Of a stretch of DNA of 64,000 nucleotides, positions 37,201 to 46,081 are shown piece by piece (position 1 is the stretch's first letter; the number at the start of each line of letters is the position of its first letter). The notes below the pieces were generated by a model. That model saw only the letters and a program-made list of their open reading frames with translations. It made no database searches and was not told the DNA's origin. Source of the stretch: Actinomycetota bacterium (GTDB lineage: Bacteria; Actinomycetota; UBA4738; CALAEC01). Location: the NCBI GenBank assembly GCA_050692915.1, contig JBOGVU010000002.1, positions 1,631 to 65,630 of the forward strand, written 5' to 3'. A program made the translations under genes and the position numbers.

Positions 37201-39767
37201 GCGGCCTTCATGGCCGCCGGGTCGACCTCCAGCTCGTCGAGTTCGCTCATCGGCACGCGACGGCGCGTGTCCTCCCGTCCCTCGCTAAGCGTCACCAGTC
37301 GCAGCAGGAGCTGGCGGGAGGCGTTCCGCGACGCCGCGTCGAAGGCCGCGTAGAGCTCCTCGGCGCGACGGGCGAGCGCGCCGGCAACGCCGCCGATCTC
37401 GCGGTACGCCGCGGCGGTGAGCTCGCCGTCCCTGCGTCGCTCGAAGAGCTCGGTGAGCGCGTACTGCAGCAGAGGGAGGGCGCCGGGTCGCTCCACGACA
37501 TCGGCGACGGTCTCCGCGATGAGGGCGGGATCGCAGCCCACACCGACCCGCTCGGCAGGGCCGGCGATCGCCCGCTCCAGCTCGTCGGGCGACAGCGGTG
37601 TGATGGGCTCCGTGCGCGCGCCGAGCAGGCGGCCGAACTCCGTGTAGGCGAGCGGGCGGTCGTAGAAGTCGGCGCGGAGGGTGAGGATCACCCGCACCCG
37701 GCTTCGAGGGTCCGTCACCGCGGCGCGGAGCCCGTCCATGAACACGCGTCGCGCACGCTCGTCCTCGGTGAGCGTGAACAGCTCCTCGAACTGGTCGACG
37801 AAGAGCACGAGCTCCGAGCCGTCGTCGGGGAGGACTCGCTTGACCGCGCGGAGCAGGCCGAGGTCGTCGCGCTCGAGCTGGTCGATCAGGCTGGGCGGCT
37901 GGTGCACCGACACGCGGAGCAGCGCGGCCTCAAGCTCCTCGAGCGGGTGCGCCCCGGGGAACATCTCCGCGTAGAACCAGTGCCGTGAGTCCGGGAGCGC
38001 GGCTCGCAGCGCAGGCAGGAGCCCCGCCCTCACGACCGAGGACTTCCCGCTCCCCGAGGGGCCCACGAACGCCAGCAGGCGCGAACTGGGATCGCGCTCC
38101 ACGAGCCGGCCCACGAGCCGTTCGACGAGCGCCTCCCGGCCGAAGAAGTCGGCCGCATCCGCCTCTTCGAACGGACGCAGCCCCTTGTAAGGGTTCGTCA
38201 CGGCGCCGGTCGGGCGGCGCGTGGCCTTCCGTGCTCCGATGGCGCCCCGAAGCGCCGTGGCCATGGCGACGACGTCCTCGTACCGCTCCTCCGGCTGTTT
38301 CGACGTCGCCCGGTCGATGACCTCGTCGAGCGCCACGGGGAGCCCCGGGCGCACCGTCGAGACCGGCGGCACCGGATCCGACAGCCCGCGCTGCAGGAGG
38401 GCGGCGAGGGACTCCTCCCGGAGCGGCGGTCCGCCTGTCAGCGCCTCGAAGGCGACGATGCCGAGGCTGTAGAGGTCGGTCCGCGGCGTGACCGGCTCTC
38501 CCCTGATCTGTTCCGGCGCCAAGTACGCGGGCGTCCCGGGGGAGTGGATGCCCGCGGTCGCCGTCGCCAGGTCCTTCGCGATCCCGAAGTCCGACAGGTA
38601 CGCGTTCCCGTCCTCGTCGAGGAGGATGTTCGCCGGCTTCACGTCGCGGTGGATGATGCCCTCCCGGTGGGCCGCTGCCAGGGCCTGCGCCACCTGGTCG
38701 ATCGCCTCGACGACGAAGGACGGATCGAGCGGTCCCTCCTTCTCGATGCGTCGGGCCAGGCTGCCGCCCGACAGGAGGCGCATCACCAGGTACGCGGCTC
38801 CGGGCTCCCGCCAGTAGTCGTGGAGCGGGACGACATGCGGATGCTCGAGCCGAGCGACCAGCTGCGCCTCGCGCTCGAACCAGCGGACGAAGTCCGGGTC
38901 GGTCGCCAACTCCCGGTGGATCGACTTGATCGCCACCTCGCGCCCGATGGCGGGCTGAAGCGCGCGGTGGACGACGCCGAACGCGCCCTGCCCGATCGTC
39001 TCCAGGAGCCGGTATCCACGCAGCGGCCGTCCCGTGGCGTCGAGGCCCTCGTCCTGGCGGAGGATCCGCTCGTGCAGCCGTCGAAGCTCCTGCGACGGGT
39101 CGATGCCGAGCTCGTCTGCGAGGATCTCCCTGGCCCGCTGGAACGCGGTCAGCGCGTCGCCCTGCCGGCCCGACCGGTAGAGCGCGAGCATCAGGTGGGC
39201 CCACAACCGCTCGCGGAGCGGGTTGGCGGCGACGAGCGGCTCGAGCTCGGCGACGAGCGCGCCGTGCCGCCCGAGCTCGAGCTCGGCGGCGTGCCGTTCC
39301 TCCTGAGCCTGGAGCTTGAGCTCTTCGAGCCGAGCCGCCTCGCCCTGGAGCGACGGCTCGCCAGCGAGGTCGGCGAGCGCCGGACCGCGCCATAGGCCCA
39401 GCCCTTCGCCGAGGAGCTCGGCGGCCCGCTCCGGGTCGCCGCTCGTGCGGGCGTCGCGAAGGATCGACTCGAACCGCGCGGCGTCGACCTCGGTCGGGTC
39501 GGCCCGGAGCACGTAGCCCGGTGGCCGTCCCTCGAGCCGCTCGGCGCCGAGGGCACCGCGCAGGCGGGAGACGTAGCCCTGGAGCGTGTTCCTGGCCGCG
39601 GGCGGCGGGTCCTCGCCCCAGACGGCGTCGATCAGGATCTCGGCCGGCACGACCTGGTTCGCGCGGACGACGAGGTGCGCGAGCACCAGGCGCTGCTTGG
39701 GACCGCCGAGCGGGATCGGGCCGCTCCCTTCGGAGGCCGCGACGGGTCCGAGGACGCGGAACTCCAC
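34203..39767 (-). CDS. wHTH-BTAD (SARP) + Ser/Thr kinase + STAND NTPase + TM + WD40 protein with an extra C-terminal domain
   Basis: Same architecture and motifs as 25146-30311; GTG start at VEFRVLGPV inferred. Confidence 0.92.
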   Translation of the reverse strand: MEFRVLGPVAASEGSGPIPLGGPKQRLVLAHLVVRANQVVPAEILIDAVWGEDPPPAARNTLQGYVSRLRGALGAERLEGRPPGYVLRADPTEVDAARFESILRDARTSGDPERAAELLGEGLGLWRGPALADLAGEPSLQGEAARLEELKLQAQEERHAAELELGRHGALVAELEPLVAANPLRERLWAHLMLALYRSGRQGDALTAFQRAREILADELGIDPSQELRRLHERILRQDEGLDATGRPLRGYRLLETIGQGAFGVVHRALQPAIGREVAIKSIHRELATDPDFVRWFEREAQLVARLEHPHVVPLHDYWREPGAAYLVMRLLSGGSLARRIEKEGPLDPSFVVEAIDQVAQALAAAHREGIIHRDVKPANILLDEDGNAYLSDFGIAKDLATATAGIHSPGTPAYLAPEQIRGEPVTPRTDLYSLGIVAFEALTGGPPLREESLAALLQRGLSDPVPPVSTVRPGLPVALDEVIDRATSKQPEERYEDVVAMATALRGAIGARKATRRPTGAVTNPYKGLRPFEEADAADFFGREALVERLVGRLVERDPSSRLLAFVGPSGSGKSSVVRAGLLPALRAALPDSRHWFYAEMFPGAHPLEELEAALLRVSVHQPPSLIDQLERDDLGLLRAVKRVLPDDGSELVLFVDQFEELFTLTEDERARRVFMDGLRAAVTDPRSRVRVILTLRADFYDRPLAYTEFGRLLGARTEPITPLSPDELERAIAGPAERVGVGCDPALIAETVADVVERPGALPLLQYALTELFERRRDGELTAAAYREIGGVAGALARRAEELYAAFDAASRNASRQLLLRLVTLSEGREDTRRRVPMSELDELEVDPAAMKAAVDAFGRHRLLAFDRHPVSREPTVEVAHEALLRSWSRLRRWIDAAREDLQMQQRVAAAATEWEGAGRDHSFLLGGTRLEQVEAWSAATRIALTGPERTFVTASIDQRDRQRQAERLRAEREAALERRSVRRLRGLVAVLSVAALVASALTAIAVNQGRRVEREARIATARELTAAATANLEVEPERSILLALQAVETTRPDATVLPEAEKALHDAVAADRLLFTIEHPSTGNVAWSPDGRLLATGGTVGGNEQVDAMLWDARTGALVHRLSGHDADIFSVAFSPDGSRLVTGANDGRAIVWDTRTGRQLHALPGLPRAGAGASFSPDGRLVAIGHSGEGTGMTIVDARTGVVVQTMHDGDLGFCSSPSISPDGAYVTVGTCGGEGDAVSIYAVQTGRRVRTIPGAAGGAIYSPDGSEIATGGERTATIWDATTGREILSLEGHTGDVLGLAWSADGSLLATGSTDGTARIWDATTGTQLRVLAGHTGLVAMVAFSPDGTRLVTGGGDGTARVWDVTPEGGSEVFGGAEPEIINSVAFSPDGSSVLTTGWPPGGGWLWDSSTGDRIRSYPLTLRAGAFDRTGSTIVAAGWSDAASSQGVRVLETVSGAEIEFHAVDDLWSVAATPDGSLIATGEGDGTVTLWDASSWEALRSFRAFPGGVRDRVGEVAFSPDGRLVASIARDTMRVWDVASGEEVLDLHVNLGLSLGVAFSPDGTMIATSGGDGAAIWSTSSGEKVASLTGAGGVQDVAFSPDGARLATAGDDGAARIWEVASGREILSLGGHAGGLSGVAFSPDGTRLASTGYDGTLRVHVLPIDELVRLARTRLTRSFTIEECRQYLHVESCPSSPGIASPLPSNEGADGTEPIGPEGAYRVTITDADLRSPLLSDRDVRSHEGDYTLSMTGGRWRLHREGENGSTQVTFGTYAVSEDRVTFTEGADPWCFGRTMTATWDLRGMQLAFSDITSTVTPTCGPQTVSDALLRTVYGTHPWQRVNHHALGG

Positions 39768-39975
39768 GCGCGTACCGTAGCCCCGTTCGGCGAGCCCGTG
39801 AAGTCCCTCGATCCGGCCCATGCGGCCGAGCCTCGGGCGGCGCGCTTGCAGACGGCTGCAATCCCAGGTCGGAGCCCCGATCCGGGCTCGCGCGGGGCCC
39901 GCCGATCGACCCGCTTCCAGCGTTCTTCAAGCCCCTCGCACTCGAGCCTCATGAGCCCGGCTCGACCGTCCGCGC

Positions 39976-40360
39976 ATGCGGACGACACGGTGGATCGGAG
40001 CGGCGGTGGTGGGCGGTGGCGATTGCCGCCGAAGCGGTGGTCCTGCGGGCTGCGGAGGGCGCCCCGGCGGTGACGTTCGAGCCGGCGGCGGTGGTCGGTG
40101 GGACGCCGGAGCAGGTGGAGATGGCCCGCTGGGCGGTCGGTCGGTTCGAAGTGGCTGGCCTGGCGCTCCCGCCCGTCGAGATCCGGTTCCACGACGACAT
40201 GGACGGGTGCGGCGGGCACCTGGGGTTCTACCGGGGCGGCGGCGTCGACATCTGCGGCATCTCTACGAACCTGATCGCCAGGCGGAACCTGCTGCACGAG
40301 ATGGCCCACGCGTGCGCGGAGGAGAACGTGAGGTCACGCAGCGAGCCGGTCTCCACGTGA
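39976..40360 (+). pseudogene. Secreted HExxH-motif protein, frameshifted and probably truncated
   Basis: Signal peptide split across two frames near 40012; RRNLLHEMAH then a stop soon after. Confidence 0.5.
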
Positions 40361-40482
40361 CCCGCGTGGTCGTGGCGATGGAGGCCACGGATCCCCGACA
40401 TCGGGGTGCGACATGAGCGGAACCGTTGCCGCCGAGAAGTCGGCGTGGGCCGACCGGTGGCGACCGAGAAAGGAGAAGGGTG

Positions 40483-40920
40483 ATGAAGCGGACCTTGGGG
40501 CTCGCCGTGGCGGTTGTCGTCGCTGCCATCGTGGCGACGGCCGGCCCTGCCACGGCGACCGCGCGGAGTGGCGAGCTGCACGTGACGAAAGAGTGCTCGC
40601 AGTACGACGGCACGGTGGGGTCGTTCTGCACGATCACCTCGTCGAACATCAACACGATCAGGCCCGGCATGCGGGTGACCTATCTACAGGCCCCGGCCGA
40701 GGGCGTGCTGGACGCAGACATCGTCCTGTCGTTCGAGCACGGGAGCGCCGCGTCCGGCCACGTCCTGCTCGACCTGACGACGGCTCAGGGTCGCGTGACG
40801 TTCTCGGGCGGGACCGGCAGGTTCACCCACTTCACGGCGGACGCCGTCGTCTCGGTCGATTCGGCCGGGGTGTGGCACTGGGACGGAACCTACAGCTTCA
40901 CCGGGTCCGACGGGGAGTGA
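40483..40920 (+). CDS. Secreted beta-rich hypothetical protein
   Basis: AAGGAG RBS, signal peptide, Cys pair, GGTGRF motif. Confidence 0.7.
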   Translation: MKRTLGLAVAVVVAAIVATAGPATATARSGELHVTKECSQYDGTVGSFCTITSSNINTIRPGMRVTYLQAPAEGVLDADIVLSFEHGSAASGHVLLDLTTAQGRVTFSGGTGRFTHFTADAVVSVDSAGVWHWDGTYSFTGSDGE

Positions 40921-41259
40921 GCGCATACCACCGGCCTTCGACGGGTTCTGAGCAAGACCTCGAGCGAGCGGCCGGCCCACGCGAGCCGGCCGCTCGCGGG
41001 CACGCCGATCCCCGCCGGATCCCGGTGACGCACGGCACACCCCGATCCTGGCGCCCGGCAGGGACCGCGACACTCGGCCCACGTACCGTCGCCCCGCGAC
41101 CGCGTGGAGCGGTTCCTGAGGAGCGGGGATCAAAGCGAACGGATGCGGTCGCTTCGAGAGGAAGGAGGCCAAGACGGAACAGCACATGTGGTTTCGGATG
41201 AGTTCTGCTCGGTGGACGCAGTTGGCGGCATCGACCGCCACCACGGGAAGGAGGCACGC

Positions 41260-41520
41260 ATGAAGCATGGGCTTGCACTCGTATCAGGGCTGGTCCTCGG
41301 ACTCGCCGCCTTCGCCGGCAGTGCGGCAGCGGCACCGAATCCAACCCCCAACGGGTTTGTGGGAGCTTGCAACATGCTGGCGTCCTGGCCAGGCGCGGGC
41401 CCGGGGAACGGCGTCGGAGTCCAGCCGGGAGGAGGCATGGAACGGGCGATGTCCGTCGACAACCCGAACGGAAACGATGGCATGTTTCATGCCGTGTTCG
41501 TCTCCAACGGTGACTGCTGA
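41260..41520 (+). CDS. Small secreted hypothetical protein
   Basis: AAGGAGG RBS; signal peptide ending AAA-A; two Cys. Confidence 0.65.
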   Translation: MKHGLALVSGLVLGLAAFAGSAAAAPNPTPNGFVGACNMLASWPGAGPGNGVGVQPGGGMERAMSVDNPNGNDGMFHAVFVSNGDC

Positions 41521-41897
41521 CGTCACCCGTCCCTGAGCGACACCCTGAAGACGGCGACGCCACCCGCTCCAGCGGCTGGCGTCGCCGTCTTACCCCGGCT
41601 CGTGCTCGCCAGCGCCTCCCAGACGGCTGGGGCCGGCCCCTCTGAGGGGCCCTATGAGGGGACGCAAGGCTCGGTCCGAGTGGTGGCGCTGGCGTTAGCC
41701 GGGGCCGGTTCGGCTCAATCGAGACCCGCCGGCGCCGAATCGGACTGGCCAATGAGGACGATGGTGGGCGCCTGAAGCAGTCCAGAGGCTTAGTTCCGGG
41801 ACAAGGCGCTCCAGACAGCAAGAGGGTAGGCGATGACGATGACGACCCGGTCGGCGGGGCGGGGGAGGGGAAGGGAGTCGAGATCGGGACCCGATTC

Positions 41898-42126
41898 TTG
41901 TGTCTAATTTGTGTCTGACTCACGTGATCTGACGTGATCTCAGGTGATCTCAGGTGATCTGTGAGCAGCGGATATGCCTGAGCCGACCTGGAAATGCAGC
42001 TCATAACCCAGAGGTCGCTGGTTCAAATCCAGCCCGCGCAACGAGCGAAACCGCAGGTAGATGACCTAAAGGCGGCTCCTCTGACCGAGGAGCCGCCGCT
42101 TTTTGTGGCTAATTTGTGGCTAAATT
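41898..42126 (+). repeat. att junction 5: right-end module, core 42000-42042, hairpin 42071-42097, left arm pair 42103/42114
   Basis: Perfect core; four near-perfect 10-mers at 41921-41960. Confidence 0.95.
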
Positions 42127-42677
42127 CCCTCGGTCCGGGGGCCGACGGAGAGACCGGCCTCGATTCGGTGGGGGGGAGCGTGGCAGCCACACCTCAGGAG
42201 ACTGTCCATATGTCCAAGGTCTAGTCCTGCCGCAGGAATGCGATGAAGGACAGTTCCGACCAACCCCCGGCTGGTGCCGCCGGTTTCGCAGGTCGCGCGG
42301 GACGGGCCGGTCTGGCGGGCCGGGCCGGGCGCGCCTGTCGGAACGTCCCGCGGGGTGGGGGTTCCTGGCGACCACTCTGCCGCTCTGATCGCAAAGGGCT
42401 GAGGCTGACGACCGGCCCCAGCCAGCCGCCGTGATCCTCCCCCCACGCGTTTCCACCCACGACGTAGACCACCCAGTCGATCCATTCCGCGTCAAAGATG
42501 TGCCCCGTCGACGTCAATCCAGGGCATGAGAGGCGACCATGGAACCGCTGTTCGACTCCCACCGTGCTATAAGGAGCGATTTGGGCCCTTCGTGGGCCAC
42601 CTCCCCGCCGTATCCCATGCGCCTGCGGCTTGCCTGTTCCGAAGCAGAGGGCGGGCAGAAGGGGTCGAGTACCCGGT

Positions 42678-42706
42678 TTGACAGGCTGGTTCGACCCAGA
42701 TAGGTT
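42678..42706 (+). promoter_or_regulatory. Housekeeping-type promoter
   Basis: TTGACA-N17-TAGGTT upstream of the 42745 ORF. Confidence 0.65.
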
Positions 42707-42744
42707 CGTCTGAACCAACGGCCCTTAGCACGAGAGGAGGAGTC

Positions 42745-43731
42745 GTGGCAGGGAGCTTCCGGGTGCGCGGGGTCACGATCGTCACGGCGCTCGCCGTCGC
42801 GGCTTCGATGCTCGTCATCTCGGCGCCGTCGGCGACCGGTGCGCCGCCGTCGTGCGCGGTGTCCAACACGAGGACCGACACGGACTCCACCTCCCTCCAG
42901 GCCGCGGTGGACGCTGCGAAGGCCCGGGATACGCTGGAGGTCAAGGGGAGGTGCGTCGGCAGCACGACCGTGGCCAAGGACGTCACGATCAAGGGAGAGG
43001 CCGGTCCTGGGATCCCGACCCTCGACGGGGGCGGGGCGGGGACGGTCGTCCACATCACACGCGGAACGACGACGATCGAGGGCTTGAAGATCACGAACGG
43101 CGTCGCGGACGTCGTGTCGGTCGAGGGAAACGGATGCTGCGTCGGCGGTGGCATCGCAGTGAGCGGCGACAGGGCTGGAGCTCGCCTGGTCGACGCCCTC
43201 GTGACGGGCAACTCGGCGACCGTCTTCGGCGGCGGTATCGACGTCGACGCTGGGACACTTACGCTCGTCAACTCCACCGTGAGCGAGAACACAGCGTGGA
43301 GCGCCGGCGGCATCGACTCGGACTTCGGCACGATCACACTTATCGGATCCACCGTCAGCGAGAACACGGCTGCGGGGGGGACCAGCTGCCAGGACCTCGG
43401 TTCGTGCGCAGGCGGGATCTGGAACTTCGGCGGCACTCTCACCTTGATCGATACCGCCGTGAGCAGTAACACGGCAACCCGCCGAGGTGGCGGGATCGTC
43501 AACCAGACCCCAACGGGCGGACCAGGAGCCGTGCTTACGTTGAGTGGAACCACGACGATCACCGATAACCACGCCTTCAGCGACCCCGCCGTCAACCTGG
43601 GCGGCGGAATCTGGATCCGTGGGGATGCCACGGTCGCCGCGACCGCGGACTGGACGGGCTCCATATCGGGGAACACGCCGGATCAATGCTTCCCGACGGT
43701 GACCATCAACAGCATCACCTGCGGCCCCTAG
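42745..43731 (+). CDS. Secreted parallel beta-helix repeat protein (GGGI repeats)
   Basis: Signal peptide; repeated N.A..GGGI..GTLTL.NSTVSEN. Confidence 0.8.
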   Translation: MAGSFRVRGVTIVTALAVAASMLVISAPSATGAPPSCAVSNTRTDTDSTSLQAAVDAAKARDTLEVKGRCVGSTTVAKDVTIKGEAGPGIPTLDGGGAGTVVHITRGTTTIEGLKITNGVADVVSVEGNGCCVGGGIAVSGDRAGARLVDALVTGNSATVFGGGIDVDAGTLTLVNSTVSENTAWSAGGIDSDFGTITLIGSTVSENTAAGGTSCQDLGSCAGGIWNFGGTLTLIDTAVSSNTATRRGGGIVNQTPTGGPGAVLTLSGTTTITDNHAFSDPAVNLGGGIWIRGDATVAATADWTGSISGNTPDQCFPTVTINSITCGP

Positions 43732-43794
43732 AGAGCAGGGTGCGGGAGGGCTGGCCTCCGGATCAGCCCTCCTGCGCTCCTCGCCCCATCGAAA

Positions 43795-43940
43795 TGATCT
43801 CGGCTGGCCTTACATGTCTCTGAGCAGTGGCTATTCCTGAGCTGACCTGGAAAACGCAGAACTCATAAACCAGCGGTCGCTGGTTCAAATCCGGCCCGCG
43901 CAACGAAGCAGCTCGGAAGGGGTGCCGGTGGGCACCCCTT
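43795..43940 (+). repeat. att junction 6 (degenerate): partial right end, core 43862-43904 with 3 mismatches, hairpin 43917-43940
   Basis: ctcataaaccagcggtcgctggttcaaatccggcccgcgcaac. Confidence 0.88.
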
Positions 43941-44080
43941 TGCCATTTCTGCCGGCTAGAGAAGCCGGGGGGCGCAACTCCGGGTTGGCTTGGAGGAATC
44001 TGGGCTTCGACCTGCTCGTCCCTCCTCGCCCCTCCTGGACTGTCCTACTTGGGGGGGAGGGGAAGTCATCGGGAAGGACG

Positions 44081-45298
44081 ATGCTGCGGCGCGCTTCCCA
44101 TCGGTATCCTGCATACGTGGCGCCCCCCGAGAGGATCGCGCGCCCTTCCGTCCTCACGCCGATGGCCGGGGACCTGGTCCTCGCGGGCATCTTCCTGGCG
44201 ATCGACCTCACGGTCGCCGCGCTGGAGCCTCCTCAGGCGGCGGGGCCGTCGTCCGCGGTAACCGTCATCGTTCTGCTGGCGGCGAGCGTGCCGCTCGCTT
44301 GGCGCCGCTCATACCCCGTAACCGTGCTGGCGCTCACCTTCGGAGCGCTGCTGACACACGAGGTCTTGGGGTATCCCGAGGCGCCGCTCTTCGGGCCGTT
44401 CGCGGCGGCCTACTCTGTAGGAGCTCATCGATCGCGCCCCGTTTCTACCGTTGCGGCCGGCGCCGTGATCGGCGCGTACCTCGTGTCCCGCATCGTGAAC
44501 GTGGCCCGGTTCGGCCAACCTCTCATCACGGTGCTGCCGAACATCAGCGTGCCCGTGCTCCTCTGGGTGCTCGGCGCGACGGTTCGTCGCATCCGTGAGT
44601 ACGCGGGACAGCTCGAGGAGAAAGCCGTCCGGCTGGAGCGTGAGCGAGACGAGGAGGCCCGACGCGCGGTCGAGGAAGAGCGCGCCCGCATAGCCCGAGA
44701 GCTTCACGACGTCGTGGCGCACGGCGTAAGCATGATGGTGGTGCAGGCCGGAGCGGCCCGGCGCGTCCTTCCAAAGCAGCCCGAGGAAGCCACCGATGCC
44801 CTGCGGTCGATCGAGCAGACCGGCCGAAAGTCGCTCGTCGAGATGCGACGACTGCTGGATCTGCTCAGGACCGACGAGGAAGGGCCCGGCCCACTCGAGC
44901 CGCGGCCCGGTGCGGAGGGGATCGAGGATCTGATCCGGACGGTGGGAGAGGCGGGCCTCGGAGTCGACCTCGTGGTCGAGGGGGAGCGTCGTGACCTTCC
45001 CCCTGGGGTCGGGCTGTCGGTCTACCGCATCGTACAGGAATCCCTCACCAACAGCGTGCGACACGGGCGCGCAGCGCGGGCACGAGTCCTTGTTCGGTAC
45101 GGGGCTTCGGACGTACAGCTCGAGATCACCGACGACGGCCGAGGCGGGACCCCGCCGAACGCACAGAGCGAAGGCCGCGGACGCGGGCTCATCGGGATGC
45201 GAGAGCGGGCCGCCCTTCTGGGCGGGGAGTTCAGCGCGGGGCCCGCTCCTGAGGGTGGGTTCGCGGTGCGCGCGCGGCTCCCCGTCGAGGCGACATGA
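44081..45298 (+). CDS. Membrane sensor histidine kinase (HisKA_3)
   Basis: ERARIARELHDVVAH; QESLTNSVRH; ITDDGRG; GLIGMRER; start uncertain (44081 or 44162). Confidence 0.92.
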   Translation: MLRRASHRYPAYVAPPERIARPSVLTPMAGDLVLAGIFLAIDLTVAALEPPQAAGPSSAVTVIVLLAASVPLAWRRSYPVTVLALTFGALLTHEVLGYPEAPLFGPFAAAYSVGAHRSRPVSTVAAGAVIGAYLVSRIVNVARFGQPLITVLPNISVPVLLWVLGATVRRIREYAGQLEEKAVRLERERDEEARRAVEEERARIARELHDVVAHGVSMMVVQAGAARRVLPKQPEEATDALRSIEQTGRKSLVEMRRLLDLLRTDEEGPGPLEPRPGAEGIEDLIRTVGEAGLGVDLVVEGERRDLPPGVGLSVYRIVQESLTNSVRHGRAARARVLVRYGASDVQLEITDDGRGGTPPNAQSEGRGRGLIGMRERAALLGGEFSAGPAPEGGFAVRARLPVEAT

Positions 45299-45957
45299 CC
45301 ATCCGCGTCGTCATCGCTGACGACCAGGAGCTCGTTCGGAAGGGCTTCCGGATGATCCTCGAGGCAGAACCCGACATCCGCGTTGAAGGAGAGGCTGCCG
45401 ACGGGAGGGAAGCGGTGGAAGCTGCCCGCAAGCTTCGCCCCGACGTCGTCCTGATGGACATTCGGATGCCGAACATGGACGGGGTCGAGGCGACGCGCCA
45501 GCTGGCCGGCGAAGAGGGGATGAAGGTACTCATCCTCACGACTTTCGACCTCGATGAGTACGTCGTCGAAGGGCTGAGGGCGGGCGCCGGTGGCTTCCTG
45601 TTGAAGGACGTACCGCCCGAGACGCTGGTGGACGGGATCCGGATCGTTGCCCGTGGTGATGCGCTCCTCGCGCCGTCCGTCACCAGGCGTCTCCTCGATC
45701 GCTTCGTCACCAAGCTCGCTCCCGCCCGCGTCGAGGAGCAGCAGGCGCTGGCCACGCTGACCGACCGCGAACGCGAAGTCTTGCTTCTGGTAGCCAGGGG
45801 CAAATCGAACGCGGAGATCGCTGAAGAGCTGTTCGTGAGCGAAACGACCGTGAAGACCCACGTGTCTCATGCGCTCATGAAGCTCGGGCTCCGCGACCGC
45901 GTGCAGGCCGTCGTGCTGGCCTATGAGGCGGGTCTGGTCCAACCGGGCATCGATTGA
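45295..45957 (+). CDS. NarL/LuxR-family response regulator
   Basis: VVIADDQ, DVVLMDIRMP, LTDREREVL..TVKTHV. Confidence 0.95.
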   Translation: MTIRVVIADDQELVRKGFRMILEAEPDIRVEGEAADGREAVEAARKLRPDVVLMDIRMPNMDGVEATRQLAGEEGMKVLILTTFDLDEYVVEGLRAGAGGFLLKDVPPETLVDGIRIVARGDALLAPSVTRRLLDRFVTKLAPARVEEQQALATLTDREREVLLLVARGKSNAEIAEELFVSETTVKTHVSHALMKLGLRDRVQAVVLAYEAGLVQPGID

Positions 45958-46081
45958 CTGCTCCTCCCTTCGGATGAGACCGCGCCATCCGCTCGTTCCC
46001 GGGAACGACACGGAAATCACACCTGGGCCGGACGACGACGAGGGAGCCCGCGGCTACGGTCACACAGACGAAGGAGGAGGG

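Larger units (their letters stand above)
32515..41999. mobile_element. Segment 5: integrase-less cassette (oxidoreductase, STAND regulator, secreted proteins)
   Basis: Bounded by cores; arm pairs at both ends. Confidence 0.8.
42043..43861. mobile_element. Segment 6: 1.8-kb single-gene cassette with a degraded right end
   Basis: Bounded by cores; right end retains GAGCAG..CCTGAGCTGACCTGG but no arm pair. Confidence 0.7.

Noticed and set aside
25146-39767. Avs-type antiphage STAND system
   Set aside because: No nuclease or other toxic effector and no TPR sensor. The N-terminal SARP domain and divergent targets favour transcriptional signalling, although a defence role is not excluded.
42221-42718. 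Minus-strand ORF with (PAR)n repeats in segment 6
   Set aside because: No clear RBS or family motif, and it overlaps the promoter of the beta-helix gene; cannot be supported as a gene.
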